Source of the DNA: Cyanophora paradoxa CCMP329
Taxonomy: Eukaryota; Plantae; Glaucophyta
Reading direction: 5' to 3'
DNA: 64,000 nt
NCBI GenBank assembly: GCA_004431415.1
Contig: QPMI01000017.1
Location: forward strand, 124,001 to 188,000
A program made the position numbers and the translations under genes. Shown one piece after another: positions 51,059 to 62,708 of this stretch. The notes under the pieces are model-generated. The model did no database searches. It was not told the origin of the DNA and worked only from the letters and a program-made list of their open reading frames with translations. Every line of letters begins with the position of its first letter. Position 1 is the stretch's first letter.

Positions 51059-54000
51059 GTGGGCGCGGCGCCGGATCCGATGATCCCCAGCCCGTTCTCG
51101 ATCTGCGCGGCAGCGAGCCCTAGTGGCTGGCCCGTGCGCAAGCCGGAAAGCCGTTCCCGCCTAGCTGGTGGAATCTGCCGGCTTCCGGAAGTTCACACTC
51201 CGGAACACCCGCCACGGCCAACGAGAGACAGCGAGCAAAAGCCGCTGAGCTTCATCGTCTGCTCTCTCAAAAGCCGCCACGGCCCACTGCAAGACAGCGA
51301 GCAAGAGCTCTATCGTCAGTTCTCTCGAGAGCACCGGGGCCCGGCCCCCGGTCCGCTAAGGGAACGCTTGCGATCGTGCATGATATCGTCGGCACGATAT
51401 TGACGCTCGTATGCACGAGCACGGCTCCTGCAACCGGCCGCTACCGGTCCCGCTCCTGCAGCTGGGAACCAATCGCGTCGGTTGCACGCCGCGGCGCCCA
51501 CCTGCCGATCCCTGTGGCGCTGCTACACTACGTACGGCGGCTGGCGCCCAGCCATCAATACCACGTGCACGGCATGCACAGCCGCGCCCTGCACACGCAC
51601 TTGTGCCCGGCGGTCGCAGTGCACGCCCGTGGCTGGCTGCCGCGGTGGCGAGGCCGTCACGGCGCATGCCAGCGGACGTGAGGGCGCCCACGTGCACAAT
51701 CTTCGCGCCGGACGTTTCCCGGGCCCTCTAGATCTGTGCATGCGAATCACTTCGCGTCGCCACGAAAATTTTGCAGCACTAGAGTGCGGCAATTTAATTT
51801 CGCGCCCACGTGTGCGTGGCCATGCCCAGTGGACCGGCCCTTGCACGGCCCTTCGGCCAAGCATATGCATCATCCTCAGCCTCAGACCAGCCGCTGAGCC
51901 TGGTTCTGACGCTTACTAAAGCGGTCACGGCTCTTGCGACTCACCCGAGTCCGACGGTTGACCTCGATCTCGCGATTCCGCCCCGACGCCGTGCGCGGCT
52001 CGGAACCGAGATGTAGGCTACGCGTACGCGGCCCGCTCGAGAAGGCCAGACCGTCGGACCGCGCACGCACGGCCGATTTCGTACCTCTCGGCTCGCGAAA
52101 TTTCGCGAGGGCCCAGCATGGCGAAAGTCGTCGATTTTCGCTGGCGACCCGCCGGCCGGGCTCTCGTCCCGAGCAGCGGCGCGGATTTTCTCAAATTCTG
52201 CCCCGCAACCCGGACCATCGGACGTTTGCACATACCAAGTCACGCGGGCCCGGCTGCATGCAGCTGGCGCTCCTGCGAGCGAACGAGTTCGACATAGCTG
52301 TCAAATTCGTTTCGCGCTGGGCGGTGGCGACCCGGGATCTTATTCCCGGCAGTGGCGCACCCACCGTCACCAGCTTCATTCACTGAAGCCGCTCCCATAA
52401 ATCTGGGTGCTGGCATGGCGCCCCGGCGCCTGGCCTAAAAACCGCGAACAGCGGCAACACGGGCCAACAGACACGAGCATACACAGCCGAGCGCTATATA
52501 TGCAAATCGTGTTTCGGAAGCTCGGCCCAAGCCTTGCGCTGATCGACGCCCGCTCGAAAGTCGAAGCTCGATGCCCTCGTGCTCGACACGACTGGCGTCC
52601 GATCGAATCGCGAAATTCGAACGGCGGGCACTGCAGTGCGATTGACTCGCGATCGGCACAATCATGGCCGGCTGACGCAATTGCTCAGTTGCCCACAACT
52701 CAATTCAAATCGAAGCCAGCATCCATTCAACCTCGAATCGAGAGTGGCAGCGGCCCGGAACGCCATGGAATACAACGAATTCTCGAAAGAGAGACGGTTA
52801 CGGTCGTGCACGATCACGCCTCGCCGTTCTTTCTACCCGCACTCGCGAATTTCTCCACCACGGCCACGCTGTCCCGATCCAATTACGGATCCCAGCGGCC
52901 TCATGATCAGCGTGCCACAATTTTCGCGAAAGACGGTGGAGCACCGGGGACGGTGCTTAACCGAAGAGGGAGTGGCATCGGAGGCAGTTTGCCGTGCTAC
53001 GGCTTCCGCTCTTCAGCGGAAGAGGAGTCCGTGCACAAGCGCTCGAGCCGAAGGCTGCCTCTTGGCCCGACGCCTGAGCCCCTCCTCGATCGGCGTATGC
53101 CTGCCACGCCCCGACTTCCCCTCTTCAGCGGAAGAGGAGTCGGGATCATGATCAGACTCGAGCATGTAGTCGACGTCGCGCCTAGACCTGCTGTGGAGCA
53201 GTTCGCCCCAGCGCGCGCTGCCGTCTGCAGGCTGATCGAGCACAAGCAATCGAACCTAGCCAACCGCCTTGAGGTCTCCTCACACGGCGGCTCGCCGGGA
53301 TCCAGGTCTCGCCGTTGGCGAACCACATTCCGCCTCGGAAACCCATCGGTGGCGATGCTACTGGGGCTGATGGCCATCAGGCCCTGTTGTTACGTGCACA
53401 GCCAGTGACCGTGTCCGGAACGGACTGGCAAGTGCTGTTTCGACAGAGCTTGAGAGCCCAGCTACGGCCAGTGCACTCGCTCGCACTACTCACCGATGCG
53501 GCCTCCTAAGGATCGGAATCGGATCTCAGCAGCCGACTGCACGCCGTGTCGCGGTCTGGCTACGCACAGAACACGAATTCGGATCCCCGATCAAGAGATC
53601 TGAGTCTCTGAAGGATTCGCCGTTCGTCAGCTTCGCCTGATCGCCTGGTATTGGGATGCGATCGAAACGAGCCCACGGCGAAGGCTGGCGAATCGGTCGC
53701 AAATCCGAGGGTCTCGGCACCGCGAATATGCAGTCTCGCGGATCGCTGCAGAACCCCTTCCCGTGATCATGACCCGCCAAGCTCGCCAACGAGCCTGGCT
53801 GCGGCCGGATCCCAGGAAGAACAGGCCGAGGGAACGACTGATGGGATTCGCGGCCAGCACGCGCGCCTTCGATTGAAGGCCGCGTCTAGCTGGAGCGTCG
53901 ACACCTGGCTTCATCGCCAGCAGCTGAGCGCTGCGATGTCACGCACGTCGCGAACGTGAGGGCTCGGTCTCGGGTCCTCGCCCCATCTCTCGCCCCAGGC

Positions 54001-54580
54001 CACACACAGCGCCAGTACCAGCGTACACTGATGTACGTCCGCCAAGGGACCCGGACCTCCTCCAGGGAATCCCGCGCCGCGGCTCTACGTACACGCGTAC
54101 GCTGCAGCCCTCATGATCACGCCGTAGCGCGTGCTTGACGGCCTGGCGTATGCTTCACGAGCTCCAACCTTGCACGCTCCCACCGACAGTCGCGAAGGGC
54201 CGCTCGCCCGCGATCAGCTGAGGCGTTGAGCTCGGCAACTCGCACGTCGGCCTCGTGATCCAACCGCGAGGGTGCAGCTGCTGAGCTGTGCACCCTGTGG
54301 TCCCAGCGATCAGAACCGGGAGCCGCGCGGATTGGACCCTGCACTGCAAGCTGCGCGACCTCGACAGGAGCGCCAAAGCAGTCACGGGATCGTCGAAGCA
54401 TTTCTACTCTTCGATGATGTGCGGCTCAAGGGCTCGTACCTTTATCGCGTGCACCTGGTCGCGAGCTCGAGCTCGAGACGCACGTGCAAGTGCATACAAG
54501 GTCGCCGCTCACATCGACGTCGACTGCATGCTTCATGAATCCACTCTGGCCGCACCGACAGCCGTCTGAGCCTGGAATAA
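51059..54580 (+). pseudogene. Heavily decayed Gypsy pol remnants (RNase H, integrase, chromodomain)
   Basis: AAPDPMIPSPFSICAAAS...KPLSF...SEQELY resembles PDxxKPFxxxTDAS...PVAF...EQELL. LPLGPTPEP...HVVD...HGGSP...LLG...YVHSQ resembles the rve core. HPVV and VEAFL..DVRLKGSYLYRVH(W) resemble GPY/F and chromo motifs. All are weak matches made by eye. Confidence 0.5.
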
Positions 54581-55440
54581 AATATTCCGCTCGACGCATT
54601 TGCAAGCCGGCTGTGGATTAGAAGTCGGCAGACGCAAACCCCGCCTTTAAGGCGAACCAGACGGTCAATTGCAACAAGCTTCAGCAGACCCTTCCCCAAC
54701 CAAACAACCCGAACCAATCTATACCTTGCCCCGATGCTGCTCGCGGTCGCTGCGCCGTGGGGCAGATTTCTTTGCTCGCTTTGCCTCAGTCTTGGCCGAG
54801 GAGCGGGTCGCTACTGGTCGGGCCACCGTCTTGTCGGGTGAGACGATCAGTAGCGGGCGCCGTTCAGAGCCTTTCGTTCACTTTTCTGGAGCCTGGGCCC
54901 ACGAGCTTGAAAAAGAGTGGTTGAGCGTGAGCTTTGCTGGCACATCTGGCCCCGAGAAGCAGGTGTTGTCGGGCGGTCCGCTCAAGCCGTGCCCTGCTCT
55001 TTCGTTGGGCCTGATGGGCGGCCCGGATACCTCCTCGCTGGTTTCTTCCCGAGGCGGTGAAACTTCCCATCCGTGCCACTCTCCAGCGGCCCTCGCCGTT
55101 TGGAGTGAGTTTGGGCCAGCGTTTACACCTTTCGAGTTTTTATGCTTTTCTCTTTCGAGCTTTCCCGCATGCACGCCTTTGCCCCACCTGCCATGCCTTG
55201 CATACGACCTGGACGACCTGGACTGGATCGATCTACAGCTACCTGGCCTTCTACCTGGCCTGCAGCTGTCTGCATTCCTGTCCTCGGGCTGTGGCTCAGG
55301 TTCCTCGTCTTGGGGCCTGTCGGTGCCCTCGAGCGGCGCACCCATCGGCGGTGTTGGGGACGCCCTCTTGCGGTTATGCCGACGAGAGTCACGGTTTGGC
55401 TGGCTGCGTCGCGCGGACGCGACGTCAGCGGAAGAGGAGT

Positions 55441-55721
55441 TGTCGCCTGGCTCGATTCCCAGGCCTTGCGGTGACTTAGTGACTAGAGCTAGTTGGTGCC
55501 TGACGTAGTCTGAGAGCCCTGGCATAGTCTCTCTTCCCGTAGGCTTACCTCTCGGTAGCCTACGCTGGCCTGCCTCTACCTGTCTTAGGGGTACAGAGTC
55601 AGTAGTCTTCCGGGTACACAGTGAATACACCAGCCTGCATCTACAGCTGCTCCAGTACAGGGAGCCGGCCCCGCGCAGTACTGCGCGGTGCCCAATCGGG
55701 TGGGAATCCTCTCATCCGACA
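55441..55721 (+). repeat. 3' LTR
   Basis: Direct repeat of 42126-42406. Confidence 0.95.
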
Positions 55722-56184
55722 AAGGGACCGCCTCTCTTTTTGCCGATTTTGATCTTTTGATCTGGATTTTGCCGCCGGGGAGGGGGTGGGGGGGAGTGGG
55801 GGGGGGAGCCCTAGATTTTCTGGATGCGATGCCTCTCTTTTTGTCGACTTAGTGATGAGCCAAGGGGGACTCGGGAGGGCCGGAGGAGGGACGGAGGAGG
55901 GGTGGAGGGGCACACCACTTCCCTCGACCCGCCAAAACCTAGGCCTCTAGATCTAGATCTCTAGATTTCTCTTCAGGTATACGTATATGTAGATCTTCTT
56001 CTCAGCCTTATAAATTAAGCTTCGAATTCCGAAGTTCTCTTCGCTTCTCTCTTCCGCTTCTCTCTATTCGGATCCCCGCTATCGCGATCGTGCGCCGCGG
56101 TGCTATATTCCCGCCGCACGCTGCAACTAAATATATAGATTCCCGCCTAAATATATATACTCATACGCTTAGCTAATTATATAG

Positions 56185-56722
56185 ATGGCGGCATCGCGGC
56201 AATTCTTCTGCTGCACAAGATGTGGCACGTACCTAGACATCGGTCTCTCTGGATCCCCGGTGCCGGTAGAACGCTGCAGAAGATGCAAGAATTCGAACTT
56301 AGACTTCACCGCCGTCACGCTTCACACCGACCGCAAACTCGAGGAGAAGGCTGCTGAAGCTGCAGAAAAGCGGCTGCCGCGGTTCAGAAGCCCCTCGACG
56401 CCCTGAGGAGCGACATCGTCGCGGACTATCGCGCCCTTTATGAGCGCTGCTGCCTTGGCGGCGAGGCGGAGGCGCTTGGCGTCTCCGCGGACGTCTCACT
56501 CTCCTCGCGCGACGACGGTTCGCGATTTAATTTAATTAATATTTGACATTCGAATTCCAGACTGCGCGATTTCCCAATTTTCCGGCTCCGCATGAGCGAT
56601 TTTCCGCACGCGCTTGCGCAGCCGCGGATGACCGCGAAGATGGCGGGGATGGTCGGCGAAAGAAGAAGGCAAAGTTGCAAAAGGCGATAATCCGGATCCT
56701 GGCGCACTCCTTCATTCTAAAG
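56185..56722 (+). pseudogene. Zn-ribbon + BTB gene, truncated and frameshifted (copy 2)
   Basis: CTRC...CRRC N-terminus. 56386-56722 is homologous to ~40289-40626, and homology stops after AHSFILK. Confidence 0.8.
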
Positions 56723-57649
56723 GTCGCGCTAATATTAATTCATTTGCGCCCATATTGCAAGGGGGGAAAGAAGACCGCAGGTCTTCCCCCCTTGCTTCCC
56801 GTTCCCTCGCTTCAGCCAAAATTTCTTCTATGAGGCCGTTTTCGAGGTCCAGTTTGCAACGCGGGAAAAAAATGAGCCGAAATTCGGTTGCAGCGACACG
56901 TGTTTGTCGCTGCGGCCGTCCATGCAAAAAAAGGTTTTCGAGGGCGAAGACCAGTTTTCCTTGACTTGAAGCCTGGAAACCAACTTCTCTCTCATTCCGG
57001 TCTTCGAATTCCTTCCGCGGTTCTGCATGGAACCAGTTCTCCCTATAGCTAGCTGTCTCCTGTAGATTTCGGCTTCCTCGCAGTGCGTTGCGTACGCCTT
57101 GCTCTTCGTTGCGCGGTTCTGCATGGAACCACTTCTCCCTAGCTGTCTTGCTCGATCTCCTCTAGATTTCCACTTTCTCGCACTGCGCCGCGTACGCCGC
57201 ACGGAATTTCTTAAAAATTCTCCCTAGCTGTCAAAAAATGAGAGTACCCCCATCAGGGTGGGCCCGCCCTCTTTGCCACCCTCAACCCCCAAACCCACCC
57301 CTCACTCACCCACTCCAGCGCCTTCCCAGCCCTCATTCTTTCCCACTCTCTCGCTACGTCTACCGCCCTTCTCTCCCTCTGGTCTACCTCCCCTTCCATC
57401 CAGCAACCACTAGGTAGTATCTAGTGTCTAGGTCGATCGATATTGCAAAACGATATAGCAGTGAATTGAGGCGGGAGCGTCAGCCAGAAGGCTTCCTGCT
57501 CTTCGAGCCCCAAACGCGCCGGTCTTTGAATCACCAACGGGTCACCGCAATTGAGGTTTCTCTTATTTTGTCTTAAAGAGATCCCTTTCCAATATTGCTA
57601 TGTGAAGTTGCGTTTGGAACAAGCAAAAAAATTGTGATATATACTTCCA

Positions 57650-60600
57650 ATGGACGTTACCCAAAATAATGCAGCGACTCGGCGCTTCCGGTTGGCCAGA
57701 ATCAAAGACCAGATCGAAGCGCTCGCGATTTCATTGTATAATCGACGCGTCATACATGGAGCTTTCAAAAATAAATTGATTAGAATTTCAGCACAAGGGT
57801 CGAGAACACGGTTTGCAACTTTGGAAAAGTACGCTTCACTTTTGAACGAACTTGCAAGACTTCCTAGGTCAGCGCGTCCTGTGTCAGGTCGTCGACTAGA
57901 GCTAGCGATTGCTGAGGGCCAGGCCGACATTGTTCGAGGGTTCTCAGAATTACCTGAGGTTGACGGTGGAGATGATGTTCAAATCAATGACAGCAATACG
58001 ACTACAGCGCTTGACGGGCGATATGCGGAGTGGAAATACCAATTGCCTCGCGGTTCTGGCCGCGTAACCTCGATGCAAGCCCGATTTGAGAACAACGAAC
58101 TTTTCAAACAGAACGCAATAGCATTCGTTAGCGCCCAGGTAAATCTTGCAGAGGCGGTAAGAATGGGCATTGCACTACAAATCTCTGGATTAGCGGTATA
58201 CAGAAAGCCAGAGACTGATACAACAATTGCAATCATTATTGAGCATCGTCGTTTCGATCGCATCGAGCCAGGGGCAAGCATCGAGACTGCTCTGCGCTCA
58301 CAGCTGGAAGAACTAGACATTCTTGCGACAGAGAAAAGCAGGGATTCCTCAGTTTTCGACACATGGATACATCTGGTCTTTAAAACTGTGCGATACTTCC
58401 GCCGCATGGGTGGTCGTGGACGTAGGTTCATACTCCCGCGGTGGCTTGTGGAGAAGCAGGCACTCATCAATATCGATGCTCCGAACAATGAATGCTTCAA
58501 GTATGCTGTACTTGCAGCTCAGCACGCGCTACGACCGGGCCAGGATTCACGCAGTGCTTGTCATTATCGACCGTATGAGAGCTCTTTAGACTGCACTATG
58601 CTCACATTTCCCACCCGCTAGATTCAAAGGTTTTCAAAAAGTTCGAGCAGGCTAACAACGTAAACCTATGTATTTATACGACAGCATTAGATGAACAGGA
58701 CATTGTACCAATCCATATCAGCGCAGCAAAAGACGCAATACCAATCTTGTATGTACCTGCAGGCAGCGACAATGATGTAGGGCATTATCTCTGGATCAAG
58801 AACATCTCACGTCTGTTTGGAAAACATGATTCTCCCGCCAAACACTATTGTCTTGCGTGTCAAACAGGTTTTAGCTCAGGTGCTGCGTTTGAGAATCATC
58901 TTAAATATGACCGTTGCCTCGATCGAGACGAGCATGCGAGAGATGTTCTGCCTAGAAAAGGAGCCCACATCCAGAAGTTTATTAACTATGAGTACTCAAT
59001 CCGGCAACGTCTGGTCGGATATGCTGATTCAGAGACGATTACAATGCCGATTCCCTGCATTAGTGGAAAGACCGAAAAGAAAGGTGTGCATGTGATTGCT
59101 TCAGTCGGCTGTCTGGTTGTATCTTCGAAAGGTGAACAATTTTGTTTCAAATACATGGGTTCGGAGAGCGAGGACTGCGCTGAGAAGTTCGTGCAATGGT
59201 TGGACGAAATGGAACCACAATTTCGAGAGCTCTTGCGAGAGACTGCACCAATCCAGATGACTCAGGAAGAGGAGCAGCGTTTTCAAACGAGGACCGAGTG
59301 CTACATGTGCACGGACACGTTCAAGGATGCGAAAGACAAGCACCGCGATCACTGCCACGATTCTGGACGATACCTCGGGGCCGCCTGCAGAGCGTGCAAT
59401 CGGCGTCGCGCAAAGGCAGCAGCCGTTCCAATATTCTGGCACAATGGTCGAGGATTTGACTTCCACCTGCTCGTGCGCGCTCTAGCATCTGGCTATAATC
59501 GCCGTTTAGCAGTTTGGAAGGAGTTTCAAGCACATGTCGAAAGCGAGTTTGAAAGCAAGTACGGTGGACGTGAGATGACCCCAGAGCAGAAAAAGAAGGT
59601 GAAGAAGGGGCTCGAACGCCGGCTCCGCCCGCAGAGTCTCCTTTCGATAAAATTCGATCAGTTCTTTCAGAATAGCGAGCGAATTTCGCAGTTCAAGTAT
59701 GGAATTTACGTTCTACGCGACTCGGCTCAGCACTTGAATGCAAGCTTGGACGAACTAGCAAAGGCTCTGCCCGCGGAAAAGAAGAAGATCACGCGCTCGC
59801 TGCATCTGGACGAGACTCAGTTCAAGCTGATGACAGGCAAAGGCATTTACCCTTATGATTACATGACGAGCTGGGCTCGCTTTCAAGAGACTAAACTACC
59901 TGCACGTCGTTATTTCAAAAATCAGCTTAAACAGAAGAAATGCTCGAAAGATGAGTACGCACATGCCAAGGATGTTTGGCGAGAGCTCGGCTGCAGAATG
60001 CTATCAGACTATACAATGGAGTATATGATGACAGATATCACGTTACTAGCGGACGTGTTCGAAAACTATCGCGATACGTGTATTGAAACGTATGGCCTAG
60101 ATCCTAGCTATTTTATGTCATCGCCGGGATTTGCTTGGCAGGCAGCACTTAAGCACACTGGAGTGAAGCTCGAGCTCTTTCACGAGGGACAGCAGGATAT
60201 GCACAGATTTATAGAATCGGGGATCAGGGGCGGAATCTCAATGATCTCAAAACGCTACGCACAAGCTGAGAACAAATATTTGAGCATAAAGTTCAACAAA
60301 TACACCCACGCTGTTGAGCCTACAGTCTCACAGTCTACATGCATGTCTAACTACTACCGAACACACAAGGAATCGTGGCTCATGTACCTCGATGCAAACA
60401 ACTTGTACGGCGTCGCAATGAAGCGCAAGCTACCCACAGGAGATTTCCGCTGGGATAAACTAGATCAAGACGTCGATGTAATGCAATACGTTGCAAGCCT
60501 TGACGCGGATGGAGCTCGTGGCTATGCTCTCGAAGTCGATATGTACATGCCTGAGCATCTCCACGACGAGTTCTCAGACTATCCGCTGGCCCCTGAACGG

Positions 60601-61706
60601 ATGTGTGTGTCCAAGGAACACCTATCAAAGCGACAACAGGATATGATTAACGACGAGAAGCTTACCTCAGTTGAACGAACTCCAAAGCTCGTTCCGAATC
60701 TGCTTCCAAAAAAGAATTATGTTGTTGATGGACGCTTGCTTCAGCTCTATACGTCACTGGGAATGATAGTAACCAACATCCATCGGGTCCTATCGTACGA
60801 ACAAAGCGCATGGCTAGGGCGTTTCATAGATCTCAATACTCAAAAACGTAAAGAATCGCAGTTCACATACCAGAAGGACCTTTACAAGTTGATGAACAAC
60901 AGTGTCTTCGGAAAGACGATGGAGAACGTGAGAAAGCACTGCTTTTCAGAGCTTGTGACTTCGGGAGACCGTCTGGTGAAGATCAACAGCGAACCAAATC
61001 GGTTGAAGCAGGTGGTGATGTACGAAGAGAACCTTGTATTCGTTTCCAAGCGCAAAAGTGAGTACAATCTGAACAAACCTATCTACTGCGGGTTCGTCAT
61101 CCTCGAACTTTCCAAGCTGCACATGTACCGCTTTTACTACCAGGTGCTCAAGCCGCTTTGGGGCCAGCGGCTGACACTATTAGGTACGGATACTGACAGT
61201 CTCATCATCGAGGTTCGCACCAAAGATATCTATGCTGATTTACGCTCAATCAAGCATGAGCTGGATGTTAGCGACTACCCAGAGACACATCGATTCTTCG
61301 ATGGCATGACAGCCGATGAGGTTCGAGCTCTACGATCGATGGGGAAAACTCCGGGATTATTCAAGGATGAGCTCCATGGTCTGCAAATGACAGAGTGGAT
61401 CGCTAACCGGCCGAAATCTTACTATTATTCGCGTGAAGATTGCACGGACAAGCAGGTATGCAAGGGTATTCAAAAGACGTACTACAACAGACTCACAAGG
61501 GATGTATTCCTCCGGTGCGTCTGTCCTAAAGAGGGAGAAAAGCAATCGTATGACATCAAAGGAATTCTCGGTTTCCGCTCGAAACAACATGAGATTTATT
61601 TACAACGAACCTCGCGCCAGGCTCTCCATCCCTTGATACCAAACGCTTCCTCGAGACTGACGGGATCAACACCCGAGCGATTGGCCATTATAAAAATCGC
61701 GCCTGA
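57650..61706 (+). CDS. pPolB: Protein-primed family B DNA polymerase (~1350 aa when two 1-nt frameshifts are repaired)
   Basis: LPRWL..KQALINI..NECFKYAVLA, YADSE, HRDHCH...CRACN, HNGRGFDFH, KGIYPYDY, YLDANNLYG, KLMNNSVFGK, TDTDS, GLFKDE and the true end DTKRFLETDGINTRAIGHY. Frameshifts at ~58615 and ~61633. Confidence 0.92.
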
Positions 61707-61715
61707 TTTACAACG

Positions 61716-62708
61716 ATGTACCAGATTACTGCGCCACCGGGTGCGTGGCAAATTGACGTGCTGTTCATTGGGAGATTTCGCCTGTTCGCAGCGGTCGAGA
61801 TTGCAACCCGTTTCGCTGTGGTACGTAAGCTCGAGACTTTTAAGCAGCTTCCAAAAATGATCGAGCAGCTACCTGGAATATGGGGCTTTTCAGGAGACAA
61901 CGGCTTCAACACAGCGGCAATTCGGGAAATGGCTGAAGAGAACTCGTTGAAAATGCATACTGATGTGGCTAAGGATGATCACATTTCAAAAGGCTCCAAG
62001 CTGGGAATTATCGACAGGTTCGCGAGGACATTGCGAGCACTGATTCAGACTGATACAGAAGCTCGTGGCTCCCCGCATTTCCTCTCACGTTTGCCGGCAA
62101 TTGTCAAGGCGTACAATGAAACAGCCCACAGCTCTTTCGGCGGGGAGCACTCACCGAAGTGGATGCGGGAAAATACACAGGTAGCCGAGCAGCTGCATCA
62201 AGTTAGACAGCGACAGAACGATATTGAACGAGACAATTCGAACATACCGCGCACAGGGACCGAAGTGCAAGTTCTCGAGCCGAAGCCAAGCGTTTTTGCG
62301 AAGGGAACCACAAAGCCAAGCAAGGAGACGTACATAGTTGCTGGCGCTGATAAGAACCGTGTTCGACTCGTTACGAAACAGGGTGTGGAAATTTCTAGAC
62401 GTGTTAAACCATCGGAAATACGTCAACCGCGTGAGCTTGCACCTCAAACACGAATCGAAAAAGAAGAAGTGCAAATGCGACAGCAGAGACGATTGAGACG
62501 TGAGGGTTTGATCGAAACGAAAAAATACAGCGGCCAAAGCCGGCAGTATCGAGAGCTCAAGAAGCTTGAGATTGCAGGGGAGCCAAAGCTACGAGCAGGT
62601 GCTAAAGCTGCATCACCTCGAGCTCTACAGAAGCTCCGCTCTTCGCAAAAAAAATGTAAATTGGGCATACTGCCCCACGAAATTATATATGGTAATAAAA
62701 TCGAATAA
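61716..62708 (+). CDS. Retroviral-like (rve) integrase of Polinton type
   Basis: WQIDV...SGDNG...LGIIDRFARTLR...LPAIVKAYNETAHSS. Starts 9 bp after the repaired pPolB stop. Confidence 0.85.
   Translation: MYQITAPPGAWQIDVLFIGRFRLFAAVEIATRFAVVRKLETFKQLPKMIEQLPGIWGFSGDNGFNTAAIREMAEENSLKMHTDVAKDDHISKGSKLGIIDRFARTLRALIQTDTEARGSPHFLSRLPAIVKAYNETAHSSFGGEHSPKWMRENTQVAEQLHQVRQRQNDIERDNSNIPRTGTEVQVLEPKPSVFAKGTTKPSKETYIVAGADKNRVRLVTKQGVEISRRVKPSEIRQPRELAPQTRIEKEEVQMRQQRRLRREGLIETKKYSGQSRQYRELKKLEIAGEPKLRAGAKAASPRALQKLRSSQKKCKLGILPHEIIYGNKIE

Larger units (their letters stand above)
42126..55721 (+). mobile_element. 13.6-kb non-autonomous Ty3/Gypsy (chromovirus-like) LTR retrotransposon
   Basis: Two 281-bp LTRs (TGTCG...CGACA), a 5-bp TSD AAGGG (42121-42125, 55722-55726) and a purine tract GGAAGAGGAG before the 3' LTR. 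Faint RNase H, integrase and chromodomain remnants occur in Gypsy order. Confidence 0.9.

Noticed and set aside
61634-61860. C-terminal ~75 aa of the 1037-aa ORF overlapping the integrase
   Set aside because: Frameshift artefact. The conserved pPolB end is in another frame and stops at 61706.
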